From positions 2,304,001 to 2,368,000 of the forward strand of contig OZ242011.1 of the NCBI GenBank assembly GCA_965204755.1: a stretch of 64,000 bases of DNA, given 5' to 3'. Position numbers and translations under genes: made by a program. The notes beneath the pieces are model-generated. The model saw nothing but the letters and a program-made list of their open reading frames with translations. It was not told the DNA's origin and did not search any database. Shown here piece by piece: positions 45,275-54,504 of this stretch. Every line of letters begins with the position of its first letter. The stretch's first letter is position 1. Source of the DNA: Candidatus Marinacidobacterium sp. (lineage in GTDB: Bacteria > Acidobacteriota > Vicinamibacteria > Marinacidobacterales > Marinacidobacteraceae).

Positions 45275-45982
45275 ATGATCGGAACCCTCACGCCCGCCGT
45301 CCGGCGGCTGGTGATCGCGAACGGCGTCGTCTTCCTCGCGCAACTTGTGGTTCCGCCCTTCGTGGCGGTCTTCGGCCTCTACCCGCCGGCGGTGCTGTCC
45401 TTACAGGTCTGGCGCCTGTTCACCTACATGTTCCTCCACGGCGGGCTCTTCCACCTCCTGCTGAACATGTTCGTGCTCGCCATGTTCGGCTCGCAACTCG
45501 AGCGCGCCTGGGGATCGCGCCGCTTCCTGCGCTACTACCTCCTCTGCGGCGTCGGCGCCGGCCTCTTCACCCTGATCCCGGTCTCGTCCTTCTTCGACGC
45601 GAACCACATCGGCGCCTCCGGCGCGGTGTACGGCGTCCTGCTGGCGTTCGGCCTGCTGTTCCCCGAAACCCGCATCTACCTCTACTTCCTGTTCCCGATC
45701 AAGGCGAGCCACCTGGTCCTGGTGCTGGGATTCATCTCCGTCGCCAGTTCGCTCTCCGCCACCCAGGACGGCGTCTCCCACATCGCCCACCTCGGCGGCC
45801 TGGCAGCCGGCTACTACCTCCTGAACCGCGACGGCCGCCTCCCCCCGAAGTTCCGCCTCGGCCGCTACCTGTCCTCGACCTGGCGCGACGCCACATCCCG
45901 CTGGACCCGCCGCCGAAACCGCGCCCGCTTCGACCGCTACGACCGCCGCCACCGCCCCGGCAACCGAGAAACCCTCCACTGA
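45275..45982 (+). CDS. Rhomboid-family intramembrane serine protease
   Basis: WRLFTYMFLHGG..HLLLNM, IGASGA and AHLGG. Confidence 0.92.
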   Translation: MIGTLTPAVRRLVIANGVVFLAQLVVPPFVAVFGLYPPAVLSLQVWRLFTYMFLHGGLFHLLLNMFVLAMFGSQLERAWGSRRFLRYYLLCGVGAGLFTLIPVSSFFDANHIGASGAVYGVLLAFGLLFPETRIYLYFLFPIKASHLVLVLGFISVASSLSATQDGVSHIAHLGGLAAGYYLLNRDGRLPPKFRLGRYLSSTWRDATSRWTRRRNRARFDRYDRRHRPGNRETLH

Positions 45983-46471
45983 CCCCACCGCGGTCGCGGG
46001 CTCTCTGGAAACGCGCCCGACACCGGCGCCGGAACCCCCGATCTCCGTGGGTCGCTCCTTCCAACGCGCCCGGCGCGCCAGTTCGCGCAACGCCTCGCGC
46101 AGGAATCGGTTCGGCAGGGCGGAGACATCGGCATACCGCTCCTGCCGGCCGCATCCATCCATGTTCACGAAGCAACCGATCTCTCCGGCCGATCGGCACA
46201 CGACGAGAACGGAGTCTCGGCCCGAGGAGATCGCCTCGATCACGATCTCGCCGTTGTAGAGCGGATAGACCGTGAACCGAGTCCGGCACATCCCGTACAT
46301 CTTCTCGATCAGACTCCGGGCATTCCGATGGGCGAGCGGGGACGGAACCGGAGCCTCGTCATCCCGCGCCTCATCGGCGACCTGCTCCAATTCACGGAGC
46401 GCCGACATCAACGAGGTCGGCGTCGGACTCCCCGACGGCGCGCCGTAATCGGAACGCCCCGTCGAAGCCAC
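45401..46471 (-). CDS. Hypothetical protein; only the first ~135 aa look genuine, the rest reads antisense through the rhomboid gene
   Basis: Protein-like N-part (VYPLYNGEIVIEA, SVLVVC, CFVNMDG, LPNRFLREAL); no in-frame stop until 45401. Confidence 0.45.
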   Translation of the reverse strand: MASTGRSDYGAPSGSPTPTSLMSALRELEQVADEARDDEAPVPSPLAHRNARSLIEKMYGMCRTRFTVYPLYNGEIVIEAISSGRDSVLVVCRSAGEIGCFVNMDGCGRQERYADVSALPNRFLREALRELARRARWKERPTEIGGSGAGVGRVSREPATAVGSVEGFSVAGAVAAVVAVEAGAVSAAGPAGCGVAPGRGQVAAEAELRGEAAVAVQEVVAGCQAAEVGDVGDAVLGGGERTGDGDESQHQDQVARLDREQEVEVDAGFGEQQAERQQDAVHRAGGADVVRVEEGRDRDQGEEAGADAAEEVVAQEAARSPGALELRAEHGEHEHVQQEVEEPAVEEHVGEQAPDL

Positions 46472-46476
46472 ACCGC

Positions 46477-47850
46477 CTACTCGATCGTCCGTCCGTTACC
46501 CTGAGTCGCCGGACTCTCGGCGTTGGTTCCCGGTGTGCCGTCCCGCGTTTCTTCCCGAAGGGCGAAGACTTCGCTCTCCGCGATCGCGGGAGCGTCCGCT
46601 TCGGCCGGGGTTCGCCAGAGGGTGGTGAGGGGGACGGCGGAGAGGCGGTCGCCGAAGGGCAGGGCGCGTTCGCCGTCGTAGAGGAGGACGCCGCGGACGA
46701 AGTCGTCGCCGAGAGCCCGCCGGAGTTGCTTCAACCCCCGAAAGTCCGAGGAGTGGATCGTGGCGCCGGCCTTGACCTCGATGCCGGCGACGCGGCGGCC
46801 CCGAACGACCAGCAGGTCGGTCTCCACGCCGTCCCGGTCGCGGCAGTGGAAGAAGCGGGTGGGCGCCGGCGAGCCGGAGGCCTGGCGGCGCAGTTCCTGA
46901 TAGACGAAGGTCTCCGTGAGGGCGCCGAGCAGCGTCCGTTCTCGAAGCAGGTCCGCGGCCTCGACTCCCAGGAGGGCCGCGGCGAGGCCGGTATCGCCCA
47001 AGTGGAGTTTCGGTGTCTTGACCAGGCGGGCGAGCCGGTTCGACGACCAGGGAGGAAGCCGCTCGACGAGGAACATGCGTTCCAGCAGTTGCGTGTACGC
47101 CTCGATGGTCTGGCGGCTTACCGAGAAGCGGGTCGCCAGGGCGCTGATGTTGGTGAGTTGGGCGGTGCGGGCCGCCGCTTCGGTCAGCAGGTTCGGGAGA
47201 GCCTCGCGCGCGGCGGGCCGGGCCAGATCGCTGATGGCTTGGGAGAGAACGGTTTCGGCCGTGTCGGCGTACCAGTCGCGACGCAAACTGCCGGACGGCA
47301 GGTCGTTCGCCGTCGGATATCCGCCGGCAGTCACCAGGTCGGCGAGACGGGGCCCGAGCCGGGGAACATCTTCGAAGGGGGGAAAGCCGTCGCCGAACAG
47401 CGCGTCGAGGAAACCGGGGGTCGAGCGTTCGATCTCGGCGCGCGAGAGGGGGTGGAGTCGCGCGACCCGCAGTCGTCCGGCGAGCGAATCTTCCAGACGG
47501 GGAACGCGCAGAGCCCGCGGAGAACCCGTCAACAGGAATCGACCGGCCGTTCGGCGCCGGTCGATCTCGCGTCTCAACGACCCGAAGAGTCCCGGCACGC
47601 GCTGCGCCTCGTCCAGGATCACGCGTTCGGGCAGCGACTCCGTGAAGCCGACGGTGTCTTCGGCGGCTGCCCTTCGCAGCCGGTCGTCGTCGAAGGTCAG
47701 GTAGCGGTAGCCGAGCCGCTCCCCCGCCATGCGCGCCAGCGTCGTCTTTCCGCACTGTCGGGGGCCGTGCAGGAGGACGGCCGGAGAATGTCCCAGCGCT
47801 TCGACCAGGCGCGCCTCGGCGAAACGCAGGTAGAGGGCGGAGGGAGCCAT
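46477..47850 (-). CDS. AAA_14 ATPase + DUF4143 (wHTH / PD-(D/E)xK nuclease-like) protein
   Basis: GPRQCGKTT, ILDEAQR, LLTGS, SLAGR, TAGGYP, KTPKLHLGDTG, ETDLL and IEVKAG. Confidence 0.9.
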   Translation of the reverse strand: MAPSALYLRFAEARLVEALGHSPAVLLHGPRQCGKTTLARMAGERLGYRYLTFDDDRLRRAAAEDTVGFTESLPERVILDEAQRVPGLFGSLRREIDRRRTAGRFLLTGSPRALRVPRLEDSLAGRLRVARLHPLSRAEIERSTPGFLDALFGDGFPPFEDVPRLGPRLADLVTAGGYPTANDLPSGSLRRDWYADTAETVLSQAISDLARPAAREALPNLLTEAAARTAQLTNISALATRFSVSRQTIEAYTQLLERMFLVERLPPWSSNRLARLVKTPKLHLGDTGLAAALLGVEAADLLRERTLLGALTETFVYQELRRQASGSPAPTRFFHCRDRDGVETDLLVVRGRRVAGIEVKAGATIHSSDFRGLKQLRRALGDDFVRGVLLYDGERALPFGDRLSAVPLTTLWRTPAEADAPAIAESEVFALREETRDGTPGTNAESPATQGNGRTIE

Positions 47851-47874
47851 TGTCGACTCGATTCTAATGAAATC

Positions 47875-48139
47875 CGGCTAATTGTCGAGAATGGATACGG
47901 CTATATGTCGAAATGATTGGCGGCCATTCGCCGGAGAATCGCTCGCCAGGGTGCGGCGGGACTCCGGCCTCGTCGGAGCGAAGAGTCTGCGCGCGAAGCG
48001 ACCCGAGGGATTCGGTCATCTGTCGAGGCCGGAGGCGGCCGAGTGTCGAAGTTCCGGCTGGCTGTCGGACCTTCGTACGGCAGATCATCGAACAAACTGT
48101 CCGGCCGATCGCCGACGCGCTGATCCCGCCGGTCGTCGA
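47875..48139. repeat. Phased array of semi-palindromic boxes CGGC-N5-G(T/C)CG(A) with a ~23-bp period, upstream of the DUF4143 gene
   Basis: Boxes start at 47875, 47898, 47921, 48013, 48036, 48055, 48078 and 48102 (one mismatch each at 48013 and 48078); degenerate ones at 47944, 47965 and 48126. Confidence 0.7.
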
Positions 48140-48332
48140 GCCCGGCGCGCCCCGGCGGTCTCCGGTGGAGTCGTCTCGACCGGGGGCCGGGAGCGTTCGG
48201 ACGGGGTGGCGCCGACGGCTCGGCGGCCCGGGCCGCGCCGCGAGCCGGCCGGCGGCCCGCGCGAGTCCGACCGGCCGAAGTCGGCTCGCGGAGGTTCGCC
48301 GCGCCGGCGAACGGACGGTTACGAGGTCGGCG

Positions 48333-48713
48333 CTACCGGCGGTCGATGGCCCACTTGCCGGAGCCGGCCATGGCGATGAAGAAGAAGAGGAAGCAGTAGA
48401 GCACCGCCAACTCGCCCCGGTTCATGATCGGCCAGAACCCGTCGCCGTTGAACTGGTGCACCATGAAGTGGGCGACCGCCATCTGGCCGCTGCAGAGGAA
48501 GGCGGCGATGCCGGTCATGAAGCCGAGGATGATCAGGAGGCCGCCGACGACCTCGATGAAGCCGGCGAACCAGATGAAGGAGAACAACTCGCGCTGCGTT
48601 CCCCCCATGACGCCGAACACCTTCTGCGCGCCGTGGCAGAAGAAGAGGAAGCCGGACACGATCCGCAGGAGCGCGTAGGCGGTGTCCTTGTGCTGGCTGA
48701 GAATGGTCTGCAT
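48333..48713 (-). CDS. DoxX family membrane protein
   Basis: LLRIVSGFLFFCHGAQK, AGFIEVVGG, SGQMAVA, NRGELA and GSGKWAID. Confidence 0.9.
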   Translation of the reverse strand: MQTILSQHKDTAYALLRIVSGFLFFCHGAQKVFGVMGGTQRELFSFIWFAGFIEVVGGLLIILGFMTGIAAFLCSGQMAVAHFMVHQFNGDGFWPIMNRGELAVLYCFLFFFIAMAGSGKWAIDRR

Positions 48714-48834
48714 GGTGGTCCCTACCTCCTGGAAAGGTGCGAGGGGTTGCGTTGGATCGGGGGGCGGCCGGCGGCGCGGGTTCCGCTGCCGCCGCCGCGG
48801 TCGGGAGCGCTCGCCTGCTGCGGCGGGAGTCGGG

Positions 48835-49287
48835 TCACGGGGCGAGCGCCCCCAGGAAACCGGAGATCGCCGCGCCGCCGACCAGCACGGAGGTCACCAC
48901 CGTGGCGACGACCAGCAGCGCCTGGACGCCGCTGAGCACGAAGAACACGCGGAGTTGCCGCAGGCCGGCGGCGAGCGCTTCCGGGTCCGAATCGTCGTGG
49001 GCGCGCCGGGCGTTTCCCGCGGCCTTGAGCAGGACCACGCCGGCCCAGATCGGAATCCAGGCGGCGAGCAGACCGAGCAGGGTGAGCGCGAGCCCGAGAC
49101 CGGAGACGATCTCCGCGAGGCCGACGAACCGCATCCATCCCCGCGCCCGGTGGAGCGGCGCCGCGATCTCGCGCGCGCCGACGGCCGCCGGCGGAGCGCT
49201 TTCGGCCGCTTCCCGGGGCGGCTCGGCGCCGCCTCCGTCGGTCGGCGGCGGGGGCGGCGCCGGCGGGGCGCCGGGGTCGGTGTCCAT
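48835..49287 (-). CDS. DUF5362-like membrane protein
   Basis: PLHRARGWMRFVG..AWIPIWAGVVL..LRQLRVFF; ATG at 49287. Confidence 0.7.
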   Translation of the reverse strand: MDTDPGAPPAPPPPPTDGGGAEPPREAAESAPPAAVGAREIAAPLHRARGWMRFVGLAEIVSGLGLALTLLGLLAAWIPIWAGVVLLKAAGNARRAHDDSDPEALAAGLRQLRVFFVLSGVQALLVVATVVTSVLVGGAAISGFLGALAP

Positions 49288-49373
49288 CTCCGTCGTTCGG
49301 ATCCTCCGGGGGATTCTCCCGTACTGCGGCGATCCGTCTCCGCGAGGGCGTCTGTTCGGCCCTTCCGACGGAC

Positions 49374-51749
49374 TCAGAAGTCCAGCAGGATCGTGTACTT
49401 GGCGGTCAGCGCCCGGTCGAGCCGGTTCCCCATCGGGTCGCGGCGGTCGTTCAGCACGATGAAGAAGTCGGACAGCGGCCGGTGGATGAGGTTGAACCGG
49501 ATGTTCGAACTCCAGTCCTCGTTCACGCTGTTGTACTGGATCAGCGCGTTCAGGAACATGTTCGTCGTGAAGGTGTAGGTCACCCGGGCGGTGAGCAGTT
49601 CGGTGGTGAACTCCCCCTCCGGGAGTGCGATGTCGTTCCGGGTCCAGCCCGCATACGCCGTGAGCCGGCTCCCCGCGCGAACGACCGTGCTGAGGTTGAG
49701 CGCCCTCCTGGCGCCCGAGTAGAACTCGCCGCGGTCGTACCTGCCGTTCAACGAGAGCGGACGACTCGGGTCGGAGAACAGCATCACGAACCACTCGTCG
49801 TAACGGTGTTCGCCGGCGGACACCATCGTCGTCGGGTGGATTTCGAACGCCTCCGGAGTGTTCTCGACGCTGTTGTCGTAGCCGAACTCCAGCAGGGCGC
49901 CGTTCTGGTGGCGAAACGCGAAGTGCATGTTCAGGTAGCGGCTCACCAACTCGCCGTCCGGGTCGGTGAACTCGTTGTACTCGAAGTGCGGGTTGAACTC
50001 GCGCAGGAAGTCGCTCCACCGCTCCGGGCGGAAGTAGTAGCCCAGGTACCCGAGCCACCGGGTGATGCCGACCCGGGGGGCGAAACCCATCTCCGGGTCG
50101 AAGTCCTCGCCGAGGCGCGACCAGGCGCCCCGTACCTGCCACTGCCGGCCGTCGTAAGCGGCGGCGACCCGTCCGGCGTCCCGGTCTCCGGAACGCCCCG
50201 GACTCATGGTGCGCGCCCAATAGGAGTTCACTTCCAGTTCCGGCGTCACCCGGATGTTCGCGTCGAGTCCCACGGAGCGGTGGTAGTGGTCGCTTCCGCC
50301 TCCGGCTTCCCGATTCAGGAAGATGGCGCCGACATCGGAGTTCTCGCCGAGGTTCCGCCGCACCCGCGCCGCGGAGAAGTTCTCGGCGTGGGGCGCGTCC
50401 TCGTTCGTCCCGGTCTGGATGCTCATGGCGCCGATCTCGTAGGCGCCGGCGCGTCCGGTGAGCCGGCCGCCGCCGAGCACCGGGATGGGCGAGCCGGTCG
50501 AGGAGAGCCCGATCCGGCGGCTGAAGAACAGGTAGAGGTCGTCCCCCCGGCTCTGGCTGCTGCGCAGCAGCGACGGGTTGAACGCCTGCCCGAAGTCGGC
50601 GCGGAACCGGGTGATCCGGGAGTCGGCGGGAACCCCGAACCGGAAGATGCCCGAATTCTCGATGAAGAAGTCGCGCTTCTCCGGAAAGAACAGGCTGTAC
50701 CGCGTCAGGTTGACCTGCTGGATGTCCGCTTCCACCTGGGAGAAATCGGTGTTCACCGTCAGGTCGAGGTTCAGCCCGGTGCCCAGCAGGACCTTGGCGT
50801 CCACCCCGAGGTCGCCCCCGGTGGCGATGTCGTCGCTCTCCCGGGTCTGCGAAGCGTCCGCTCCGAGATAGGGCGTGACCTTGAACCGGCCGCCGGACGC
50901 CAGGCCGGTCAGGCCTTCGAGCGTTCCGGAATAGGAGATGCGGGCGAAGTTGAAGAATCGGGGAATCGGCGCCCAGAAGGCGTCCTGGTTCAGTCGGCGG
51001 ACCCGGCGCAGGAAGTTGATTCCCCAAGTCTGCTCCGAACTCTCGCGGAAGCGGAGCGTGCGGAAGGGGATCTCCATCTCGATCGCCCAGCCGTCCTCCG
51101 CGCGGCGGGTGCGGACCTGCCAGACGCCGTCCCAGTCGCGGTTGAACTCCCGGCCTTCGTTGAAGATCTGTCCGTCGAACTTCGCGCCGCCCGGGTTCGT
51201 CTCGAACATGTACCCGTTGCGGCGGTCGTGGAAGGTGTCGAGCACGACGCCGAAGACATCGCCGGCCCGGGTGGAAAAGTCCCGCGAAAGGTCGTTCACG
51301 ATGATCCGGTCCGGCGAGTCGTCGAAGGCGAAGGCGCCGATGTAGAGCGACTCGTCGTCGTAGAGCACCCGCACTTCGGTTTCCAGCGTCGCCGGCATTC
51401 CCTCGTCCGGGTTGCCCTGGGTGAACCCGGACGCTACCGGAGCGCCGGCCCATTCCTCCTCGCCGAGGACGCCGTCCACCACGATCGGCCCGGCGGCCCT
51501 GACCGCCGGCAGCCGGCGGTCGAACCGGGCGGTCTCGAAGTCCACCGGCGCCGGGGGTTGCGCCGCCGGCTCGACTTGCCGGGGTGATCCGGCGGCGGTC
51601 GGCGCGCTCGAAACGGCGAGCAGGAACACGACTTCCGCCCCGCCGAAGCGCCCGGCGCCCCGCAGCATGGGCCGAAGCGCCGCGCGGCCGGCGGCGCGCC
51701 ACCGTCGGATGCGGGTCGGCGCCCCGCCGAGGAGCGGAGCCGCGGCCAT
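49374..51749 (-). CDS. CBM9-like + DUF5916 outer-membrane beta-barrel protein (start uncertain)
   Basis: IVVDGVLGEEEW, YDDESLYIG, EMEIPFRTLRF, TVNTDFSQVEAD, LFFPEKRDFF, FFSRRIG; C-terminal Phe. Confidence 0.85.
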   Translation of the reverse strand: MAAAPLLGGAPTRIRRWRAAGRAALRPMLRGAGRFGGAEVVFLLAVSSAPTAAGSPRQVEPAAQPPAPVDFETARFDRRLPAVRAAGPIVVDGVLGEEEWAGAPVASGFTQGNPDEGMPATLETEVRVLYDDESLYIGAFAFDDSPDRIIVNDLSRDFSTRAGDVFGVVLDTFHDRRNGYMFETNPGGAKFDGQIFNEGREFNRDWDGVWQVRTRRAEDGWAIEMEIPFRTLRFRESSEQTWGINFLRRVRRLNQDAFWAPIPRFFNFARISYSGTLEGLTGLASGGRFKVTPYLGADASQTRESDDIATGGDLGVDAKVLLGTGLNLDLTVNTDFSQVEADIQQVNLTRYSLFFPEKRDFFIENSGIFRFGVPADSRITRFRADFGQAFNPSLLRSSQSRGDDLYLFFSRRIGLSSTGSPIPVLGGGRLTGRAGAYEIGAMSIQTGTNEDAPHAENFSAARVRRNLGENSDVGAIFLNREAGGGSDHYHRSVGLDANIRVTPELEVNSYWARTMSPGRSGDRDAGRVAAAYDGRQWQVRGAWSRLGEDFDPEMGFAPRVGITRWLGYLGYYFRPERWSDFLREFNPHFEYNEFTDPDGELVSRYLNMHFAFRHQNGALLEFGYDNSVENTPEAFEIHPTTMVSAGEHRYDEWFVMLFSDPSRPLSLNGRYDRGEFYSGARRALNLSTVVRAGSRLTAYAGWTRNDIALPEGEFTTELLTARVTYTFTTNMFLNALIQYNSVNEDWSSNIRFNLIHRPLSDFFIVLNDRRDPMGNRLDRALTAKYTILLDF

Positions 51750-51804
51750 GCAACCCGCGAATGTACCACCGGGCGGGCGCGCCGGCGGCGGGGCCGACGG
51801 CGCC

Positions 51805-52677
51805 CTATCCCGCGCTCCGCCCGATGATCCGGGCCACCGCGCGGCGGTAGCCGGCGAGGATGCGGAGCGTCACCGGCCCGGGACGGCCGGCCCCGATCGG
51901 GCCGCGGCAACCGTCCGGCGTAACCGTCCACGCGACCGGCAACACTTCCCGGGACGAACTGGTCAGGAACGCCTCGTCGGCGCGCGCCAACCGCGCCGGC
52001 GCCAGCGGGCGCTCGGCGAACTCGATCTCGAGGGCGGCCAGCGTTTCGATCACCAGTTCCCGGGTGATCCCCGGCAGGATGCCGCCGTCCCCCGGCGGCG
52101 TGCGCACCGCGCCGTCTTCCACCACGAAGAGGTTGGAAGTGGCCCCTTCCGCGAGGCCGCCGTCGGCGCCGCGCAGGATCGCCTCGTGGGCGCCGACCCG
52201 CTCCGCCTCCCGCACCGCCCGCCGGGCGAGCGCCAGCGCCGTGGTCTTGACCCCGGCGGGCATCCCGCCGGGGGCGGAGGCCCGCGTGAACCCGCTGAGG
52301 AGCACTCCCACTCCCTCGCGTTCCGGATCCACCGGCAGCGGCGGGAGCGGGCGCGCCAGCACCAGCAGCACCGGGCCCTCCGCTTCGGTTCCGGCGCTCA
52401 GGACTACGCGGACGGAGCGCTCCCCCGGGCCGGGGGCCGCCCGGCAGGTGCGGGCGATCCGGTCGGCGATCTCCTCGTCGGTCGCCGGAACCGGGATCTC
52501 CAGGAACGCCGCCGACCGCCGCAGGCGCTCCAGGTGGCGGTCGAGCAGCAACGGCGTCCCGCCGTAGGTCCGGAAGTTCTCGTACACCGCCTCCCCGTAG
52601 AGGAAACCCCGGTCGAGCGGGCTGATCCCGCCGCCCGCGCCCATCTCCCCGTTCCGGTTGACCGCCGCCGCCGCCAT
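51805..52677 (-). CDS. Aminotransferase class IV (IlvE/PabC/D-amino-acid aminotransferase family)
   Basis: ISPLDRGFLYGEAVYE, HLERLRRSA, EGATSNLF, ILPGITR and EAFLTSS. Confidence 0.9.
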   Translation of the reverse strand: MAAAAVNRNGEMGAGGGISPLDRGFLYGEAVYENFRTYGGTPLLLDRHLERLRRSAAFLEIPVPATDEEIADRIARTCRAAPGPGERSVRVVLSAGTEAEGPVLLVLARPLPPLPVDPEREGVGVLLSGFTRASAPGGMPAGVKTTALALARRAVREAERVGAHEAILRGADGGLAEGATSNLFVVEDGAVRTPPGDGGILPGITRELVIETLAALEIEFAERPLAPARLARADEAFLTSSSREVLPVAWTVTPDGCRGPIGAGRPGPVTLRILAGYRRAVARIIGRSAG

Positions 52678-53031
52678 CGCGCCCCGGAATGTACCGGTCT
52701 CGGCCCCGCGACCCCTCCTTGCGCTCGCCGCCGCTCGGCAGCGGGCAGCAGCGTCGGAGGAGCGGGGGAAGGCGCGCGGGGAGGGCGGGGCGCCTTCTTC
52801 CGAGGGCAGATAGACTCGCCGGGCCTGCGGCTCCCCTTCGGCCGTGGCCAGGTGGCGTGCGGCGACCTGGGTGGGCCGAAACGAACCTGCCGAAGCGCCT
52901 CGGTATTTCTCCTGTGCCGGGCGCGTCCGCACACCCCGTTTGAGCCCCCACCCACAGCCCGTTGGCGACCACGAGCCTGGTCCCTGTTCGCGCCCGGCAC
53001 TTGTGCTACTTTCCGGGGCTGGGTACACGCT

Positions 53032-53937
53032 GTGGGGCTGCCTCCGACCCGGGTTGAGATCCACGCCGGGGACAATTTGGCCGTCGTTGGGGATTTCCCC
53101 AATGAGTCCTTCGATCTCATCTACATCGACCCGCCCTTCAACACCGGTCGGGAGCAGGCGAGGACTCGTCTGCGAACCGTGGCGGACGCGAGCGGCGACC
53201 GCATCGGTTTCGGCGGGCGCCGGTACCGCACGGCCGTCATCGGTCGCTCCGCTTTCGACGACACTTTCGCCGATTACCAAGCGTTTCTGGAGCCGCGTTT
53301 GGTCGAGGGTTACCGCTTGCTCTCCCCAACGGGTTCGTTCTTCCTGCACCTAGACTACCGCGAAGTCCACTACTTGAAGGTCGTGATGGACGGGATCTTC
53401 GGGCGGGATTCCTTCCTCAACGAAATCATCTGGGCCTACGACTACGGTGCCCGATCCAAGAAGCGTTGGTCACCCAAGCACGACAACATTCTCTGGTACG
53501 CCAAGGACCCGAAGCGGTACACCTTCCGCCACGAAGACAGCGACCGCATCCCGTACCTGGCGCCGGCGCTCGTCGGGGCGGAGAAAGCGGCGCGCGGCAA
53601 GACCCCGACCGACACTTGGTGGAACACCATCGTGAGCCCCACCGGGAAGGAGAAGACTGGTTACCCCACACAGAAGCCGCTCGCCATCCTGAACCGGATC
53701 ATTCAGGTTCACTCCAACCCCGGGGATAGAGTGCTGGACTACTTTGCGGGCAGCGGGACGACGGGCGAGGCTGCGTTCCGATCGGGACGGAATGTCGTCC
53801 TAGTGGACCACAATCCCGAGGCGATCGCCGTGATGGCGAGACGGTTGGCGTTCACTCGCCCCGTCCTGAGCGACTCCAGAGCACCGATACCGATGCCGGA
53901 AGGTGGTCGGAGAAGTCTGTTTGCGCCAGGGGCGTGA
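53032..53937 (+). CDS. Site-specific amino-methyltransferase (N6A/N4C, beta-class order); start approximate
   Basis: IYIDPPFNTG, NEIIWAYD, YPTQKP and VLDYFAGSGTT. Confidence 0.9.
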   Translation: MGLPPTRVEIHAGDNLAVVGDFPNESFDLIYIDPPFNTGREQARTRLRTVADASGDRIGFGGRRYRTAVIGRSAFDDTFADYQAFLEPRLVEGYRLLSPTGSFFLHLDYREVHYLKVVMDGIFGRDSFLNEIIWAYDYGARSKKRWSPKHDNILWYAKDPKRYTFRHEDSDRIPYLAPALVGAEKAARGKTPTDTWWNTIVSPTGKEKTGYPTQKPLAILNRIIQVHSNPGDRVLDYFAGSGTTGEAAFRSGRNVVLVDHNPEAIAVMARRLAFTRPVLSDSRAPIPMPEGGRRSLFAPGA

Positions 53938-53938
53938 C

Positions 53939-54499
53939 ATGAAGGTCGTTGATCCGGAGGTCAGTCTCCTCGCTCGTCTGTTGGATGAGGTTCAAGCCAC
54001 TTACGAGTCCGGGAACTCGGCGTGGGACGACAGTCCCTTCGCTGGGATCCGAACACTGGCATCTCGGCAGAAGGGTGCTGTCGCAGAGCGCCTAGTTTCC
54101 GCCTACATGGCAGACAAGGGATTCCGTGTGGAGTCACCTCCGGATAGTGAGTGCGATCGACTGATCAACGGCGTACGCACTGAGATCAAAATGAGTACCC
54201 TGTGGCAGAGTGGCCTCTACCGGTTTCAGCAGTTTCGAGACCAGAACTACGACTTGGCCATCTGTCTCGGAATTAGTCCGGCATCCGCTCACTGCTGGGC
54301 CATTCCCAAGTCTGTCATTCACGACCAACGACAGAAGGGTGGCATCCCCTCCCAACATGCCGGGAGTGCCGGCCGTGACACTGCATGGCTTCATGTCAAC
54401 CCGGAGGCGCCTCCGGCTTGGTTGCGCGACTGGGGTGGCAGCCTTTCGGACGCGGTCTCCGTGGTCGCTCGCCTCGTAGCTACCAACTCTCGCGCTTGA
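53939..54499 (+). CDS. Putative type II restriction endonuclease (PD-(D/E)xK)
   Basis: KGAVAE..DRLING..TEIKMS..FQQFRDQNYD; lies immediately downstream of the MTase. Confidence 0.7.
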   Translation: MKVVDPEVSLLARLLDEVQATYESGNSAWDDSPFAGIRTLASRQKGAVAERLVSAYMADKGFRVESPPDSECDRLINGVRTEIKMSTLWQSGLYRFQQFRDQNYDLAICLGISPASAHCWAIPKSVIHDQRQKGGIPSQHAGSAGRDTAWLHVNPEAPPAWLRDWGGSLSDAVSVVARLVATNSRA

Positions 54500-54504
54500 T
54501 CAAG

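Noticed and set aside
47875-48139. CRISPR array
   Set aside because: The period is about 23 bp in total, with only 4-5-bp conserved arms, no spacer-length unique sequences and no cas genes.
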